Assembly (NCBI GenBank): GCA_045543555.1
Contig: JAZQMQ010000020.1
Span: 2,911-66,910 of the forward strand
DNA length: 64,000 bases
Reading direction: 5' to 3'
Source: Eubacteriales bacterium
Lineage (GTDB): Bacteria > Bacillota > Clostridia > Oscillospirales > CAG-272
Shown: positions 9,302 to 17,833 of the stretch, one piece after another
How the letters are laid out: each line of letters opens with the position of its first letter
How positions within the stretch are numbered: the first letter of the stretch is position 1
The notes under the pieces: generated by a model
What the model was told of the DNA's origin: nothing
Database searches by the model: none
Seen by the model: the letters and a program-made list of their open reading frames with translations, nothing else
Made by a program: the position numbers and the translations under genes

Positions 9302-10087
9302 ATGGGAAGAATGCTTGGCTCATTTGACGGAGACAACGATCTTGACCGTCCCGACCTTAATAAATGTCCTGACTGCGAATGCTACTTTGCGCAGAACAAC
9401 TGCCCTCTTTGCGGCAAAGAGTGTCCTCCGGAGTTTAGAGCAGGAAACAGAAAGCCTGTCAAGATAAGAAAACGCAGAAATACAGGAAGCGGCAGAGTAA
9501 CCTTTGTTGAGTGGTACCACTCCTGGTGGTTCATTATCATTATGCTTATATTTATGCCGCTGATCGGTATAATTCTGCTTCTTACAAGTCCTCATAAAAA
9601 ATCTCTTAAGATAGGGCTTATAGCTTGTGCTGTTGCATATTCACTTGTCACAACATATGGCATTGGAAATATCATTTCATATTTTAACAACACTTTTGAC
9701 CCTCCCGTAAACACAAAGCTTTCAAAGGAGGAATACGTTGAAAGATGCTCCGAAATAAATGCAGACGATTATTTCAGAACTCCAAGTGCGTATAAGGGCG
9801 AGTACGTAAAGCTGACTGTAACGGTTATTGATCATTCTTATTACGATTATGAAACCAAGTATGGAGAAAAGTACACCACGTTATATCTCGTTGCAAGCAG
9901 TACGGAATCAGGCAAGCCCATAATGATCAGAGATTGCTCGCAAGATGCATTCAAAAATTATGCTGCAGGTGACGTTATAGTAATATACGGTCAAGCGCAG
10001 GGCAACTCAACGGTATATACCGAGTACGAGCAAAGTAAAGTTCCTTTGATCCACGTGGCATACATTGAAATCATAAACATCAATTGA
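9302..10087 (+). CDS. membrane protein with N-terminal zinc-ribbon
   Basis: 261 aa. CPDCECYF...CPLCGKEC ribbon, then hydrophobic helices (WWFIIIMLIFMPLIGIILLL), then a soluble C-terminal domain. Confidence 0.6.
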   Translation: MGRMLGSFDGDNDLDRPDLNKCPDCECYFAQNNCPLCGKECPPEFRAGNRKPVKIRKRRNTGSGRVTFVEWYHSWWFIIIMLIFMPLIGIILLLTSPHKKSLKIGLIACAVAYSLVTTYGIGNIISYFNNTFDPPVNTKLSKEEYVERCSEINADDYFRTPSAYKGEYVKLTVTVIDHSYYDYETKYGEKYTTLYLVASSTESGKPIMIRDCSQDAFKNYAAGDVIVIYGQAQGNSTVYTEYEQSKVPLIHVAYIEIININ

Positions 10088-10096
10088 TATGAAGCA

Positions 10097-10795
10097 ATGA
10101 AAAACAAGAAAAATAAAAATAAAACACTGCTTAAACTCCTGCTTTGGATACTTTTCTTTCCGATAATGGCAACGGTAGCGCTGTGTCGATCAGAACGCAT
10201 CACGGTTTCTGCAAAAATATTTTCTGTAGCGGCAATATGGGTAATATTCTTCTCAATATTGGAAGCTTATGGAAACACGCTTCCCGACGTTGAAGAACCA
10301 AAAGCCACCACACCAATAATTGAGATTACTACACCAAGTGAAACTACCGACAATACCGATGACACGGTAGTTTACGTCACTCCAACAGGCAAAAAGTATC
10401 ATCTTTTAATGTCCTGTGCAGGTGTTAACGCGGTAGAAAAAACACTTTCAGAGGTTACAGGCAGCTATAGTCCGTGTAAAACCTGCGCATCACATCAATC
10501 AACAACCGAGCAAATAACTCCCCCCAAGATCACAACAGAACCCGAGATTACGACTACGCCTGAAATCACGACTAAGCCTGAGGTTACGACCACTACCGAA
10601 ATTACGACTACTCCCGAGGTTACGACCTCATCCGAAGTAACAACGGAAGAAAACGAAAGGATCGTGTATAAAACCCCAACCGGAAAGCGTTACCACTATT
10701 CTCTTGATTGTGCAGGAAAGAATGGAACTCCCATAACTATAAGCGAAGCAAAAGAATTGGGTCTCACACTTTGTAATAACTGCAAAAACAAATAA
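10097..10795 (+). CDS. membrane-anchored protein with two YH-x4-C...CxxC modules separated by a Thr/Pro/Glu repeat linker
   Basis: 232 aa. VYVTPTGKKYHLLMSCAG...PCKTCA and VYKTPTGKRYHYSLDCAG...LCNNCKN. Confidence 0.65.
   Translation: MKNKKNKNKTLLKLLLWILFFPIMATVALCRSERITVSAKIFSVAAIWVIFFSILEAYGNTLPDVEEPKATTPIIEITTPSETTDNTDDTVVYVTPTGKKYHLLMSCAGVNAVEKTLSEVTGSYSPCKTCASHQSTTEQITPPKITTEPEITTTPEITTKPEVTTTTEITTTPEVTTSSEVTTEENERIVYKTPTGKRYHYSLDCAGKNGTPITISEAKELGLTLCNNCKNK
10541..10648 (+). repeat. imperfect 18-nt tandem repeats encoding PEITTT-type linker
   Basis: CCCGAGATTACGACTACG / CCTGAAATCACGACTAAG / CCTGAGGTTACGACC... encode PEITTTPEITTKPEVTTTTEITTTPEVTTSSEVTTEE. Confidence 0.7.
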
Positions 10796-10946
10796 TAAAA
10801 AAGAGCAAACCGGATGGGGTTGTACTCTAAAGGACAGTTTTCAAAAATACGGTATATCTCGAAAGAGGTATGCCGTATTTTGCATTTGTGGGCACAAATG
10901 CAGTGCTTGTCAGGAAAAACAGAAAAACCTTTGGGGGACAAAAAAT

Positions 10947-10975
10947 AAGGCTCCCTTTTCGCAAGAGAGCCTTTT
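10947..10975. terminator. bidirectional terminator between convergent genes
   Basis: AAGGCTCCCTT-loop-AAGAGAGCCTT stem with one mismatch, flanked by an A-run and a T-run. Confidence 0.7.
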
Positions 10976-11021
10976 AACAATCAGCACATCATAGTTTTTC
11001 GATAAATTGGAACTTGTCAAA

Positions 11022-11600
11022 TTATAATTTAAACAATAGTTTCTTGTGCTTTACCAAATTTATCCCAAGCAGAAATACAATCACGCACACGGCAGAGCCG
11101 AGCGTGGCGTTCATAATCGCTATTTCTGCTTCGGTCATTCCCTCAAATGATACGAGCATTGAGCGTTGCAATGCGAATATCGAAACAAAGGCATCGGCAA
11201 ATGAAATGTTTCGGAGCGTGATAAGCGTTGCTGATGTACTGCGACGAGCTTTTATGAGCTTTATTGTTGCAAGCGTAATCTTGGTAAAGGCATACGCCGC
11301 CATTGCTATCATCACGATCATATACCGCTCGTGCCCTCTATCTCGCACTACCGAAAGTATAACAGTTCCAACAAGTGATATGGATAGCAATATCAGCATC
11401 CACCCCGTAAACTTAACAATGAAACGCTCTCTGGATTTGGAGCATAGCACCACAAAGCGTACAATGCTTAAAACAAGATAGTACGAGCCAAGCATTAATA
11501 ACCACCACGAGCTTGTAACCAATCCCATTACAAGATGGTAGGTTGCAAACGCTATGTTGAATGACAGACTTGCGAGAGCAAGTTTCAATGTCCTATCCAT
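11022..11600 (-). CDS. hypothetical polytopic membrane protein (in TetR operon)
   Basis: 192 aa with 5-6 hydrophobic helices. Overlaps the tetR stop by 8 nt. Confidence 0.6.
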   Translation of the reverse strand: MDRTLKLALASLSFNIAFATYHLVMGLVTSSWWLLMLGSYYLVLSIVRFVVLCSKSRERFIVKFTGWMLILLSISLVGTVILSVVRDRGHERYMIVMIAMAAYAFTKITLATIKLIKARRSTSATLITLRNISFADAFVSIFALQRSMLVSFEGMTEAEIAIMNATLGSAVCVIVFLLGINLVKHKKLLFKL

Positions 11601-12189
11601 TTGTGTTCCTCTCGCCCATCACACAATCGGTGATGACCTTAATAACCGTTGCCATATCATCAGAGCAGTTCTTATCAAGCCATTCCATAACAATAGTGAA
11701 TACGCCGGTCAGGTAGAACTTCATCACATAGGCACGCTCCTTTTCGGGAACATGGAAGCGTTCAAGAATAGGATTGAAGATGTGTTCGAACATTCCGCCA
11801 TATACCTCATTCATATTCAATGAGTTAAACTGCTTGATAGACACCTTAAACAAACGCTGATTGTCCTTGATAAACGTCAAATAAGGCACAAGATACTCGC
11901 TTGTGATAAACAAAAGCTCCTCACGCCTGCATGTTTCAAATGACAGAGATATGTGTTTCTGCTCTATTCCATAGTATGCGAGGTGCTTGTCAATAATATA
12001 GCGTGTAGTTTCCTTTATTAAATCCGAGGTGTTCTCGTAATGTAGGTAAAAGGTGGAACGATTTACCCCTGCTGTATAACATATCTCTTTGATGGTGATA
12101 TATTCAAAGTCCTTCTTTTCAAGTAGCGTAATGAGGGCTTCGTCCATTCTGATTGCCGTATTAAAATATTTACTTTCGTTTTTATTCAT
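11593..12189 (-). CDS. TetR/AcrR-family transcriptional regulator
   Basis: 198 aa. N-terminal HTH ITIKEICYTAGVNRSTFYLHYENTSDL. Confidence 0.85.
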   Translation of the reverse strand: MNKNESKYFNTAIRMDEALITLLEKKDFEYITIKEICYTAGVNRSTFYLHYENTSDLIKETTRYIIDKHLAYYGIEQKHISLSFETCRREELLFITSEYLVPYLTFIKDNQRLFKVSIKQFNSLNMNEVYGGMFEHIFNPILERFHVPEKERAYVMKFYLTGVFTIVMEWLDKNCSDDMATVIKVITDCVMGERNTNG

Positions 12190-12210
12190 AAGACAGCCCT
12201 CCGTGAATGC

Positions 12211-12564
12211 TTATTTGCCTTCGCTGATCTCTCTTGCAAGCTGTACGATTTCATAAGCATACTTTTTCTTGCCGTTCTCAAGCATTTTCTTGTAAATTGG
12301 ATAGTTTACGCCGCATCCAATCATGCCGATAATGCCAACGATAATACCGATCACCATACCGGCGATACCGCTACCGATAATCTGCATACCAAGGCACATT
12401 CCCGTGCCGAATACAAGTGCGGAAATAATTCCCCAAGTATAGGTGAAGATAGTTGCAGGCAGCTTTGCCTTTCGGTCGAGCTTGCGAAGTGCTACGATTT
12501 TGGAGCTGTCCTTGGGGGCATACTCCTTTGCGATGGATTCTGCGTAGATTTTGTCTGTGTTCAT
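12211..12564 (-). CDS. small membrane protein
   Basis: I prefer the ATG at 12564 (MNTDKIYAES...) because GGAG lies 8 nt upstream. Two Gly-rich hydrophobic helices. Confidence 0.6.
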   Translation of the reverse strand: MNTDKIYAESIAKEYAPKDSSKIVALRKLDRKAKLPATIFTYTWGIISALVFGTGMCLGMQIIGSGIAGMVIGIIVGIIGMIGCGVNYPIYKKMLENGKKKYAYEIVQLAREISEGK

Positions 12565-12754
12565 TTTGTTTCTCCGTTTCATTTTTTTGTTGTAAATTTA
12601 TTTTAATAACAAAGAAGAAGAAACAGAACAACACGATTTTCATAAAATGTTGATTTTAGAAAAAACTGTCGTCAAATTCTTATTTATCGTTCGGATTTAT
12701 CATAGCAAAAAAACTTTATGTACAGTGTTAATCACACACCCTATTGTAGCACAA

Positions 12755-12790
12755 AAACCGCAGAAAATCAATCTGCGGTTTCTGTTTTTT
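12755..12790. terminator. terminator after the aminotransferase gene (bidirectional hairpin)
   Basis: AAACCGCAGA-7 nt-TCTGCGGTTT with T-runs in both orientations. Confidence 0.75.
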
Positions 12791-12859
12791 CTGTCGGTAT
12801 AAAACTGTCCTTTAGGATACAGCCCTATCGTTTGCTCTTTTTTATTTACTATTTTGTTA

Positions 12860-14146
12860 TTAAGCCTCGCCAAGAAGCTTTTTTGCACTCTCGATCTTTA
12901 CGCATAGAGCGAAAAGTTTCGTTGCGATTTCGAGATCATTAATTGTGGGATAGGATGGTGCAATACGTATGTTTTTATCCTCAGGGTCGAGGCCGTAAGG
13001 ATAGGTCGCACCTGCACCTGTCATAATAACGCCCGCCTTCTTACAGCTTGCAACTATTGCCTTTGCGCAACCGGGAAGGCTATCAAATGATACAAAGTAG
13101 CCACCCTTAGGCTTGGTCCATTCACCGATTCCAAGTCCGCCAAGCTCATTTTCAAGTATTTCTAATACCTTTTCAAACTTGGGACGAAGAATGTCTGCAT
13201 GCTTCCTCATATGCTCATGCATTCCTTCTATACTCTTGAAGAACTTAACGTGACGGAGCTGATTGACTTTATCATGACCGATCGTCTGCATACCAAGTTG
13301 TCTGCGGATATCGTCGAGGTTGTTATGCGATGCTGCAATAGCTGCAATTCCAGAACCCGGGAAGGAGATCTTAGACGTTGATGCAAATTTGTATACCATA
13401 TCCGGGTTTCCTGCCTTACGACATTCATCGAGGATCTCAAGAATAACATCACAATCATCTTCATAAAGGTGATGAATGGTGTATGCATTATCCCAATATA
13501 TGCGGAAATCCTTTGCCTTAGGCTTCAAATGCGCAAAGCGACGAACCGTCTCGTCGGAATAAGAATATCCCTGTGGATTAGAGTACTTTGGAACACACCA
13601 AATACCCTTGATAGAATCATCTTCGGACACAAGCTTTTCAACAAGGTCCATTTCAGGTCCCGATTCGGTCATTGGAACGTTGATCATCTCAATACCGAAA
13701 TACTGTGTGATTGCAAAATGTCTGTCATATCCGGGAACAGGACAAAGGAACTTAACCTTGTCAAGCTTGCACCACGGAGTGCTGCCAAGTACACCGTGAG
13801 TCATTGAACGGGATACGGTATCATACATTACGTTGAGCGAGGAGTTACCGTAGATAATGATATTATCGTCAGGAACTTCCATCATGTCTCCAAGAAGCTT
13901 CTTTGCTTCGGCAATACCGTCAAGCACACCGTAGTTACGGCAGTCCGTTCCGTCCTCGCAGGTGAGATCGTCCTCAGAGCTTAAAATATCCATCATGCTC
14001 ATAGACAGATTGAGCTGATCAACTGAGGGCTTTCCTCTTGCCATATTGAGAGAAAGATCCATTGCCTTATACTCTCTGTATTGTGCCTTAAGGTCTTCGA
14101 GAAGTGCGATCAACTCTTCCCTTGTCATTTCGCTGTACTTTGCCAT
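12860..14146 (-). CDS. class I/II PLP-dependent aminotransferase
   Basis: Start taken at ATG 14146 (MAKYSEMTREEL...) with AAGGAG upstream. NMARGKPS motif and STSK PLP-lysine motif. Confidence 0.85.
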   Translation of the reverse strand: MAKYSEMTREELIALLEDLKAQYREYKAMDLSLNMARGKPSVDQLNLSMSMMDILSSEDDLTCEDGTDCRNYGVLDGIAEAKKLLGDMMEVPDDNIIIYGNSSLNVMYDTVSRSMTHGVLGSTPWCKLDKVKFLCPVPGYDRHFAITQYFGIEMINVPMTESGPEMDLVEKLVSEDDSIKGIWCVPKYSNPQGYSYSDETVRRFAHLKPKAKDFRIYWDNAYTIHHLYEDDCDVILEILDECRKAGNPDMVYKFASTSKISFPGSGIAAIAASHNNLDDIRRQLGMQTIGHDKVNQLRHVKFFKSIEGMHEHMRKHADILRPKFEKVLEILENELGGLGIGEWTKPKGGYFVSFDSLPGCAKAIVASCKKAGVIMTGAGATYPYGLDPEDKNIRIAPSYPTINDLEIATKLFALCVKIESAKKLLGEA

Positions 14147-14171
14147 TGTTTTCTCCTTATTTGCAGAGTCG

Positions 14172-14816
14172 TTAGTCCTCGTTTTGCTCACCGAGCATCT
14201 GGTTTAGGTGCTTAGACAAAAGCGCAAGAGAACACGCCATATTTTCATTTTGAACGAGGACTCCTTCGGGCACAGTAATGTGCGCGGGAGCAAAATTCCA
14301 TATTGCCTTAATGCCTGCTTCCACAAGCATATCGCATACCGCTTGAGCGGCGTGAGCAGGAGTTGTTATTATACCTATCTTCACGTTATTCTTTAAGCAG
14401 TAATTTGCGATATCGTCTGTGGAAAGTATCTCCTTGCCGTCCACACGGCACCTAACAAGCGCAGGGTTCATATCAAATCCCGCAACTATATTAAAGCCGT
14501 ATTCAGCGAAGCCACGATAAGACATAAGTGCTCTTCCAAGATTACCTGCACCCACGAGAATTGCGGGATTAACTGAATTATATCCAAGAAATTCCTTCAA
14601 TTCGCTTATTAAGGTCGCAACGTTATAACCGACCTTGGGTTTCCCGCCTGAACTGACAGCGGATAGGTCTTTTCGGACTTGAACGTCGTTTAAACCGAGC
14701 TTTTTCGCTATTTCGGTGGAGGATATGTTACCATCAGCATCAAGCGTCTTAAGAAAATTAAGATAATGAGGCAGGCGTTGCAGTGTATTAAGCGATACCT
14801 GTTGGCTTGATTCCAT
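14172..14816 (-). CDS. rex: redox-sensing transcriptional repressor Rex
   Basis: Start at ATG 14816 (MESSQQVSLNTLQRLPHYLNFL). The track start at 14840 is a TTG. Winged-helix N-terminus plus Rossmann GAGNLGRAL. Confidence 0.9.
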   Translation of the reverse strand: MESSQQVSLNTLQRLPHYLNFLKTLDADGNISSTEIAKKLGLNDVQVRKDLSAVSSGGKPKVGYNVATLISELKEFLGYNSVNPAILVGAGNLGRALMSYRGFAEYGFNIVAGFDMNPALVRCRVDGKEILSTDDIANYCLKNNVKIGIITTPAHAAQAVCDMLVEAGIKAIWNFAPAHITVPEGVLVQNENMACSLALLSKHLNQMLGEQNED

Positions 14817-14868
14817 TATTATTCTCCGTTCAATATGCAAGATTGCATTTATAATCCTGCATTTTCAT

Positions 14869-14897
14869 ATTATATACTAAAGATAACAATTTGTCAA
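14869..14897 (-). promoter_or_regulatory. sigma-A promoter of rex
   Basis: Minus strand: TTGACA (14897-14892), 17 nt, TATAAT (14874-14869). Confidence 0.6.
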
Positions 14898-14924
14898 TGG
14901 GGGCGCAATAAATTTCGCCCCCAT
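14897..14924 (-). terminator. GC-rich hairpin after the transporter gene (weak terminator in the relevant orientation)
   Basis: ATGGGGGCG-10 nt-CGCCCCCAT. The T-run is on the plus side only, so read-through into rex is plausible. Confidence 0.45.
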
Positions 14925-14936
14925 TTTTATATTATG

Positions 14937-16202
14937 TCAGAAAAGAATTATGATGAACTGCGTAACAAGTACAACGGCAACCAATGCTATCGGATAGGTA
15001 GCCGCGTAAGCCGCAGCAACGTCCTCTGTACCCGAAACACCGATAAGTGTACCAAGCGCAGGAGTACTCGTCATACCGCCTGTAAGCGATCCGAGGTTGT
15101 TAAGCAGGGAGAGCTTGAGAACGTATTTGGAAAACAAGAAGCCGACGATCATAGGAATGATAGTCATTATAATTCCGTAAACGAAGTACATCGGGTCAAA
15201 GTTTGCAATAAACTCAGCGCCACCAGGAATTCCCGCGCCAACGAGGAAGAACACAAGACCAAGCTCGCGGAAGAGCTTGAGTGTGGAATCCTTAGGCATA
15301 ATGCTTACCTTACCGATTCTGGTAATATGTCCGAGAATAAGGCTTACAAGCAGACATCCGCCTGTGGTGGTAAGCGAGAAGCAGGTACCGTCAAGACCCT
15401 TTGCGGAAAGGGGTATTTTGATCTGTCCAATGAACGTACCGAGTATTGCAGCAAGAGAAAATACAGCAATTCCCATGTGGTCAAGCTCAAAGAGCTTGCC
15501 TGCAAAGGTCTTCTTTTTGCCTTCCTCTTCCTTAACAACAAGCTTTGCTCTTTCAGCAGCCATATCAGCCTTAAGAACCTTAGGCATGAGCTGAACGAAA
15601 AGCACTACGCCGATAACGCCGAAAATGTAAGCAATTCCGTGTCCGACAGACACAAGTGACTGATATTCGGGAGCAACTGTTGCCTTTGCCGCGGAGAAAG
15701 CGGGAGTTGATGTGAGTGCTCCCGAAAGGAGACCTACGATCATTGCAACGAAGCCGTCCTGAGTTTTAATGGAGGAGCCGTATCCCATAACCTCGCCAAG
15801 GTAGATGCATCCAACTGCCGCAAGTCCGCCTGCAAGGATAACGATCGCACCGAGAAGAACGTAGGACTTGAAGTTACGCTTGAAATTTCCAAAGAATTTA
15901 GGCCCTGCGATAAAGCCTACCGAGGTTACAAAGAGGATAAGTCCGAGGCTTTCGATAATAGAAAGTCCTGCTTCAAAATTATATGGAGTTTTTGAAGCGA
16001 TAAAGTTAAGCCCGGTAACCTCGTTCATCTCAAAGCAGAGAGCTCCTGCCAAAAGTGCTACAACAAATACACCCGCATCGCCGAGGGAAATTCCCTTGAC
16101 AGTGATTCTTCCAAGTGCATAGCCTGCGAGAAGCACTGCAAACACAACCGAAAGCAGTGTTGAAATATTAGAAAGCGTTATAACGCCGCCGAATAATTCC
16201 AT
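14937..16202 (-). CDS. AAE-family (YidE/YbjL/AspT/SucE-type) transporter, short form without TrkA-C domains
   Basis: 421 aa. Internally duplicated halves with LSGALTSTPAFSAAK and LTGGMTSTPALGTLI. The N-terminus LLAGYALGRITVKGISLGDAG is typical of the family. Confidence 0.8.
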   Translation of the reverse strand: MELFGGVITLSNISTLLSVVFAVLLAGYALGRITVKGISLGDAGVFVVALLAGALCFEMNEVTGLNFIASKTPYNFEAGLSIIESLGLILFVTSVGFIAGPKFFGNFKRNFKSYVLLGAIVILAGGLAAVGCIYLGEVMGYGSSIKTQDGFVAMIVGLLSGALTSTPAFSAAKATVAPEYQSLVSVGHGIAYIFGVIGVVLFVQLMPKVLKADMAAERAKLVVKEEEGKKKTFAGKLFELDHMGIAVFSLAAILGTFIGQIKIPLSAKGLDGTCFSLTTTGGCLLVSLILGHITRIGKVSIMPKDSTLKLFRELGLVFFLVGAGIPGGAEFIANFDPMYFVYGIIMTIIPMIVGFLFSKYVLKLSLLNNLGSLTGGMTSTPALGTLIGVSGTEDVAAAYAATYPIALVAVVLVTQFIIILF

Positions 16203-16205
16203 TTT

Positions 16206-17819
16206 TTACACCTTCCTTGCATAGTCAGGAAGAAGTCTGGGGGATACCTCGTCGGTAACGATGCCCGCTTCTGCCATTTCCTTCTTAAAGCTGTTAACGT
16301 GAGAAAGGGTGAGCTTTTCAGGAGTTGCAGTCTCTGCCGCAACCTTTGCCGCATTTACGCCCGCGTTACGTCCGAATACGATGATGTCGAGGAGGGAGTT
16401 ACCCATAAGTCTGTTCTCACCGTGAATTCCTCCGACTGCCTCACCTGCAACGAAGAGGTTAGGCACCTCGGACATTCCGTTCTCGCTTATCTTGATACCG
16501 CCGTTCTGGTAGTGAAGTGTGGGGTAGATAAGAATGGGCTGCTTTCTCATATCAATGCCGTACTTGAGATACATACGCATCATTGCGGGGATTCTCTTCT
16601 CAATCGTTCCCTCGCCGTGAAGCATCTCGATCATGGGAGAGTCGAGCCATATTCCCTGTCCGCCGTTGAAGGTGTCAACGCCCTTACCCTTTCTGCACTC
16701 GCGAATAACACCAGATGCGCAAACGTCACGGGTCTCAAGGGAGTACATGAAGGGCTCACCGTCACAGTTTACGAGCTGTGCTCCGATGGAACGAACCTTC
16801 TCGGTTACGAGTGCGCCGAATATCTGCGAGGGATATGCTGCACCCGTGGGGTGATACTGAAGTGTGTAAGCATAAAGGAGAGGTGCGCCCGCACGATAAG
16901 CCATAACAAGACCGTCAGCGGTTGCTCCGTAGTGGTTGGAGGTGGGGAAGCCCTGATAGTGCATTCTGCCTGCGCCGCCCGTTGCGATGATAACGGTCTT
17001 TGCTCTTGCTATAAGGATCTCCTTGGTCTCCATATTCATAAGGACAGCACCTGCGGCATTGCCCTTTTCGTCCTTGATTATCTCGATAGCCGAGGTAAAA
17101 TCAACGACGTTGATGCCTCTGTTCTGAACCTCGTCACGAAGAACTCTCATGATCTCGGCACCGGAGTAGTCCTTACAAGCGTGCATTCTCTTTCTGGAAG
17201 TGCCGCCGCCGTGGGTTGTTACCATAGTACCGTCGGCTTCCTTGTCGAACATAACGCCGAGATCGTTGAGCCACTTAATACAAACGGGGGCATCGTTTAC
17301 GAGCTTATAAACAAGCTCGGGAACGTTCTTGAAGTGTCCGCCGCCCATAACGTCGAGATAGTGCTGTGCGGGGGAGTCATTGGGCTTATCAGCCGCCTGA
17401 ATTCCACCCTCTGCCATCATGGTATTAGCATCGCCGTGGCGAAGCTTGGTAACTATCATAACGTTTGCGCCGCTTTCCTGTGCCATAATTGCTGCAGCAG
17501 ATCCTGCTCCGCCGCCGCCTATAATCAGCACATCAACATCGTAATCGATCTTGTTAAGATCTATCTTATCGGGATCGATTCTGGGATTAGCCTGAAGGAT
17601 TCCTGCAAGCTCAAGGGGCACCTTTTCACCCTTGTTAGGACCTATTTTGAGAGTGTCGAACTGATCGACGATATGGTCGGGGTGGTTTTCAAGAAGGACC
17701 TGATCCTTTTCCTCAGCAGTCATTCTGCGAGGATGAATACCGTTAAGTGCGTTCTTGACACGCTCTTCACGTGTAGCTTCGACCTTTTTGATCGATTCAA
17801 GCATTTCATTCGTATACAT
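16206..17819 (-). CDS. FrdA/SdhA-family flavoprotein (soluble fumarate-reductase-like)
   Basis: 537 aa. FAD motif VLIIGGGGAGSAAA. Substrate-site motifs LQYHPTG, TEKVRS, ETRD, PTLHYQNGG and GIHGENRLMGNSLLD. ANTMMAEGG replaces SHTVAAEGG, so there is no covalent-FAD His. Confidence 0.8.
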   Translation of the reverse strand: MYTNEMLESIKKVEATREERVKNALNGIHPRRMTAEEKDQVLLENHPDHIVDQFDTLKIGPNKGEKVPLELAGILQANPRIDPDKIDLNKIDYDVDVLIIGGGGAGSAAAIMAQESGANVMIVTKLRHGDANTMMAEGGIQAADKPNDSPAQHYLDVMGGGHFKNVPELVYKLVNDAPVCIKWLNDLGVMFDKEADGTMVTTHGGGTSRKRMHACKDYSGAEIMRVLRDEVQNRGINVVDFTSAIEIIKDEKGNAAGAVLMNMETKEILIARAKTVIIATGGAGRMHYQGFPTSNHYGATADGLVMAYRAGAPLLYAYTLQYHPTGAAYPSQIFGALVTEKVRSIGAQLVNCDGEPFMYSLETRDVCASGVIRECRKGKGVDTFNGGQGIWLDSPMIEMLHGEGTIEKRIPAMMRMYLKYGIDMRKQPILIYPTLHYQNGGIKISENGMSEVPNLFVAGEAVGGIHGENRLMGNSLLDIIVFGRNAGVNAAKVAAETATPEKLTLSHVNSFKKEMAEAGIVTDEVSPRLLPDYARKV

Positions 17820-17833
17820 CTTACCCGTCCTCC

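Noticed and set aside
12371-12942. Small ORFs at 12371-12643, 12453-12653, 12700-12888 and 12718-12942.
   Set aside because: They overlap a better-supported gene or a terminator/promoter region. They have no RBS and their composition is not protein-like.
14897-14924. Hairpin read as a plus-strand terminator (T-run follows on the plus strand).
   Set aside because: No plus-strand gene ends upstream of it. It is better explained as the 3' hairpin of the minus-strand operon, overlapping the rex promoter.
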